A stretch of 64,000 nucleotides of DNA from NCBI GenBank assembly GCA_963715195.1, contig CAVQRT010000006.1, positions 31,543 through 95,542 of the forward strand, given 5' to 3'. The DNA comes from Thermodesulfovibrionales bacterium. Its GTDB lineage: Bacteria; Nitrospirota; Thermodesulfovibrionia; Thermodesulfovibrionales; SM23-35. A model generated the notes under the pieces. That model was not told the DNA's origin. It ran no database searches and saw only the letters and a program-made list of their open reading frames with translations. This document shows, in pieces, positions 61,242 through 64,000 of this stretch (position 1 is its first letter; every line of letters starts with the position of its first letter). The translations under genes were made by a program, and so were the position numbers.

Positions 61242-62432
61242 CTATTGAGTTTCGGGTTTTGAAGAGGCAGGGAGAATTAATTTTGTTGCAAGCACATCTC
61301 CTTCCGAAACGCCTGAAATGATCTGGGTATTGTCCTCTCCGCGGAGGCCTGTTTTGACTTCCACTTGCTGGATTTTGTCTACCCCAGTCACTTTGTAGGC
61401 GACCTGCTTCCCTTTTTCAAATTTTATTGAGGCGTTTGGGGCGATCAGAATATTCTGCTGCTCTGAAAAGATTATCTTAATGTGCGTCGTCATCTCCGGC
61501 TTGAGGAAACTGCTGTCTTCTTTTGATACCCGTACGATAGCGAGATAATAGACAATATTTTCCTTCACGGCCGGCTGCGGGTAGATCTTCTCAATCGCTC
61601 CATAAAAAAGCTTGTCCGGATATGTGTCGACATAATACTCAACCTGTTGTCCTATTTTAACTTTTCCTATGTCTGTCTCATCAACGTAAATCCACATTTC
61701 AAGAAGCGTCGGGTCAAGCACCGTCACGAGATTCGCAACCTGGAGGCCTGCAACTATGGTTTCACCTTCCTGAGCTGTAACATCAGATACAATTCCGTCG
61801 ATTGGAGAATAGATCTTTGTATAAGTCAGTATTGTTTCCTGCCGCATCAACTGGGCTGAGATATCGTCGATGTTAGCTTTTGCAATTTTGATCTGTGTCC
61901 CATATTCACTCTGGAGTCTTTTTAGGTTTGCTTCAGACGCCTCAAACTGGCTTCGTGTCCTGTCAACTGAATCTTTTGTTGTGTATTCGTGCTTTAAAAG
62001 CTCGGTTTCCCTTTCGTAGGTAATCTTGGCGTATTCATGGTTGGCAGTGGCTTCCCTGATGCGTTCCGGATAGGTTTGCTCGACCTGTATGAGTGCATTT
62101 TGCGCAGAACGGAGTGAAGCCTTCTGCTGTTCGACCGCCTTCTGGGTCTCCCTATCATCTATCAGAGCAATGAGCTGTCCGTTCTTAACTCTGTCACCTA
62201 TCTTGACATTCATTTTCATGATCGTCCCTGTTGCACGTGCACCGATTTTGACGACTGCACCTACCTGCGGTTTGATAATCCCGGTTTCGACAATAACACC
62301 GCGTATGTTTCCTTTTGTTACCCTGGCTGTCTCAAGCACCTGTGTCGATGGTTTCGTGATATAACGATAGAGCAAAATTCCTCCAACGATTGAGGTAATC
62401 GCAAGGGCAATAATGAAAAAAGTTTTTTTCAC
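61242..62432 (-). CDS. MacA-type periplasmic adaptor
   Basis: N-terminal TM, GDRVKNGQL lipoyl half, coiled coil, IYSPIDG, VDETDIG. Confidence 0.9.
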   Translation of the reverse strand: MKKTFFIIALAITSIVGGILLYRYITKPSTQVLETARVTKGNIRGVIVETGIIKPQVGAVVKIGARATGTIMKMNVKIGDRVKNGQLIALIDDRETQKAVEQQKASLRSAQNALIQVEQTYPERIREATANHEYAKITYERETELLKHEYTTKDSVDRTRSQFEASEANLKRLQSEYGTQIKIAKANIDDISAQLMRQETILTYTKIYSPIDGIVSDVTAQEGETIVAGLQVANLVTVLDPTLLEMWIYVDETDIGKVKIGQQVEYYVDTYPDKLFYGAIEKIYPQPAVKENIVYYLAIVRVSKEDSSFLKPEMTTHIKIIFSEQQNILIAPNASIKFEKGKQVAYKVTGVDKIQQVEVKTGLRGEDNTQIISGVSEGDVLATKLILPASSKPETQ

Positions 62433-62448
62433 GGGTTTGTTCCTCTGT

Positions 62449-63726
62449 CTACTTGGTCAGCGATTCCAGTTTATCTAGCCCCACAATCCTCTCAAGAATT
62501 GCCTTGGAAAGCATAAGATTTAGTTTTGATAACACAACCTGCTCCCGTGATTCTGCCAGAAGGCTCTCCGCCTGTATAAGTGACAGAATATCGGCTTTCC
62601 CCACTTTGTATTCACCAAATGCCTGGGAATAGTTGTGCTCTGCTTGTCTCAGTTGGGTTTTGGCAACCTTCAGCTTATTCTGTGAAGTCAGAAGATCTTC
62701 AAAGGCCTTCCGGACATCAAGGGCCACTCTTCTCTTAATGTCATTGAGATTCTCTACAGAAATATTCTTTTCCAGTTCTGCGGAGCGGTAGGTATAGAAT
62801 TTTCCAAGTTCGAATACATTCCATGTAGCCCTCAGTGTTGCAGTTTTTTCTTCCCTGAAGAGGGATCCGATAATATCTCCTCCCGAATTGCTATATGATG
62901 CATCCACAGAAAAAGTCGGCAGAAACGAACTGCGTATTATGGATTTGCTGTTTTCGCTGATACGAATAGAATCCTCAGCCTGTCTAATTTCCGGTATGTT
63001 AAAAGCTGATGTAGAGAGTTTTTCAATGTCCGGAACAGGAATTTCCATCTCGGAAATACTTTGCAGGTCATAAGCGCTGTCAAGCGGCCTTCCGATGAGC
63101 GAGTTGAGATCTGATAAACTTTTCTTGTAATTGCCCTCAGTCTGAATAAGATTGAATCTAGCCTGTTCAAGCCTGACTGAAGCCTGCAGGACATCAGAAA
63201 GCTTTGTGACCCCAAACTGATATCTTCCGTCAGCTACTTCGTAATCCTTTTCGGCATCTTTGAGCTGTATTTTCCTCTGTTCTATGGCTTCATATAATGC
63301 CTGTACAGTATAAAATGCGGACTTGACTCCAAATTCGAGATCAAGAAGGCTTTTATGTAAATCCTCTGCGCTGATGTCTAGGTTTAAGCGCGCAATATCC
63401 CTGTTCGCCTTTCTGCTGCCCCAGTCGAACAGCAGGTAACTGAGTGTAAGGTCATAGGACTGCCTCCTGAATTCCTCCGTTGATGTGAATATGCGCCCAT
63501 GAGAGGAACTTGCATCAAGGGACGGCAGGTATGGCGATAAGGATGCTGTATAGAGTGCATCTGAGGACTTTACCCGTTCCGTGGCCGCCTTGTAAGATGG
63601 AAGGGATTCCTTCGCCAGTGATATGGCCTCTTCAAGGGTGAGGGCATATAGTGTGCGGGAAGGAAAGAGAATAAGAAAAACGGTTATGTAGATATACAAG
63701 AGGCTACGAATAAAGGACTCTCTCAT
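62449..63726 (-). CDS. TolC-family outer-membrane channel
   Basis: Signal peptide, LTLEEAI, YLPSL/FLPTF repeats, RYQFG / EYKVG motifs. Confidence 0.9.
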   Translation of the reverse strand: MRESFIRSLLYIYITVFLILFPSRTLYALTLEEAISLAKESLPSYKAATERVKSSDALYTASLSPYLPSLDASSSHGRIFTSTEEFRRQSYDLTLSYLLFDWGSRKANRDIARLNLDISAEDLHKSLLDLEFGVKSAFYTVQALYEAIEQRKIQLKDAEKDYEVADGRYQFGVTKLSDVLQASVRLEQARFNLIQTEGNYKKSLSDLNSLIGRPLDSAYDLQSISEMEIPVPDIEKLSTSAFNIPEIRQAEDSIRISENSKSIIRSSFLPTFSVDASYSNSGGDIIGSLFREEKTATLRATWNVFELGKFYTYRSAELEKNISVENLNDIKRRVALDVRKAFEDLLTSQNKLKVAKTQLRQAEHNYSQAFGEYKVGKADILSLIQAESLLAESREQVVLSKLNLMLSKAILERIVGLDKLESLTK

Positions 63727-64000
63727 ATCGTCTCCTGTCTAATATTTTGAAAGATTTCTTTCCCCGCTATTATAATTTACCTCAACAACGAAATTAAACG
63801 ATGAATCTCATGCCACTATTCACATCTGCATCGAAAGGGAATGAAACAATTATGTTCTCAAGTGATGATTTACTGCAAAGCCGCATCTTTTATAGCCGCC
63901 CGCGCATAATTTTATGTCGACAGCCTTTTATTTTATGGAAACGTTACACAGAGAACTGCGCACGCCGGAAGGTTTTGGATCTCAGTTTGGTACTTCATCA

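Noticed and set aside
58080..63726. Exporter with two MacB-type permeases as a novel system
   Set aside because: A common known arrangement; no substrate clue in the window
1..64000. CRISPR array, rRNA, intact tRNA, transposase, integrase, reverse transcriptase, phage genes
   Set aside because: No regularly spaced repeats or diagnostic motifs seen by eye; small structured RNAs could still be missed without a covariance search
63727..64000. Feature in the terminal non-coding stretch
   Set aside because: No supported ORF or structure; context is cut off by the window edge

Overview
Bacterial chromosomal window. Gene content and style suggest a diderm anaerobe such as Nitrospirota (Thermodesulfovibrionia) or a related lineage; this is inference only. 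Housekeeping blocks: resB-ccsA-htpX, guaBA-ispA-dxs-tlyA, an ornithine decarboxylase with two aminopropyltransferases, gcvH-lpdA-ftsB-GH57-dtd, yceD-rpmF-plsX-fabH, rarA-mutS2, pncB, and a MacAB-TolC-type exporter. The accessory stretch at about 17.5-37.8 kb holds three modules. (i) A divergent CysL-like LysR gene faces an operon of TonB-dependent receptor, YD-repeat lipoprotein, TonB, a signal-peptide-less TupA paralogue and tupABC; this is a candidate outer-membrane tungstate/molybdate import system. (ii) Exosortase H, its partner, and a roughly 4.6 kb IPTL-CTERM surface-protein gene broken by many frameshifts. (iii) A PilZ/TPR/J-domain/RodZ-C module that shares a 20-bp promoter palindrome and a RodZ C-terminal domain with a TPR gene 15 kb away. 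At 47.9-51.7 kb a methylsulfurylase-like cupin sits with two Zn-dependent dehydrogenases (possible new route of methylthioadenosine salvage), split by an AT-rich islet of remnants (nucleotidyltransferase fragment, truncated csp, decayed tRNA-Asp, 3D-domain gene). REP/MITE-like hairpins occur between genes and in frame inside two enzymes. No CRISPR array, rRNA, intact tRNA, transposase or integrase was seen. All family calls come from motif recognition by eye, not database searches.
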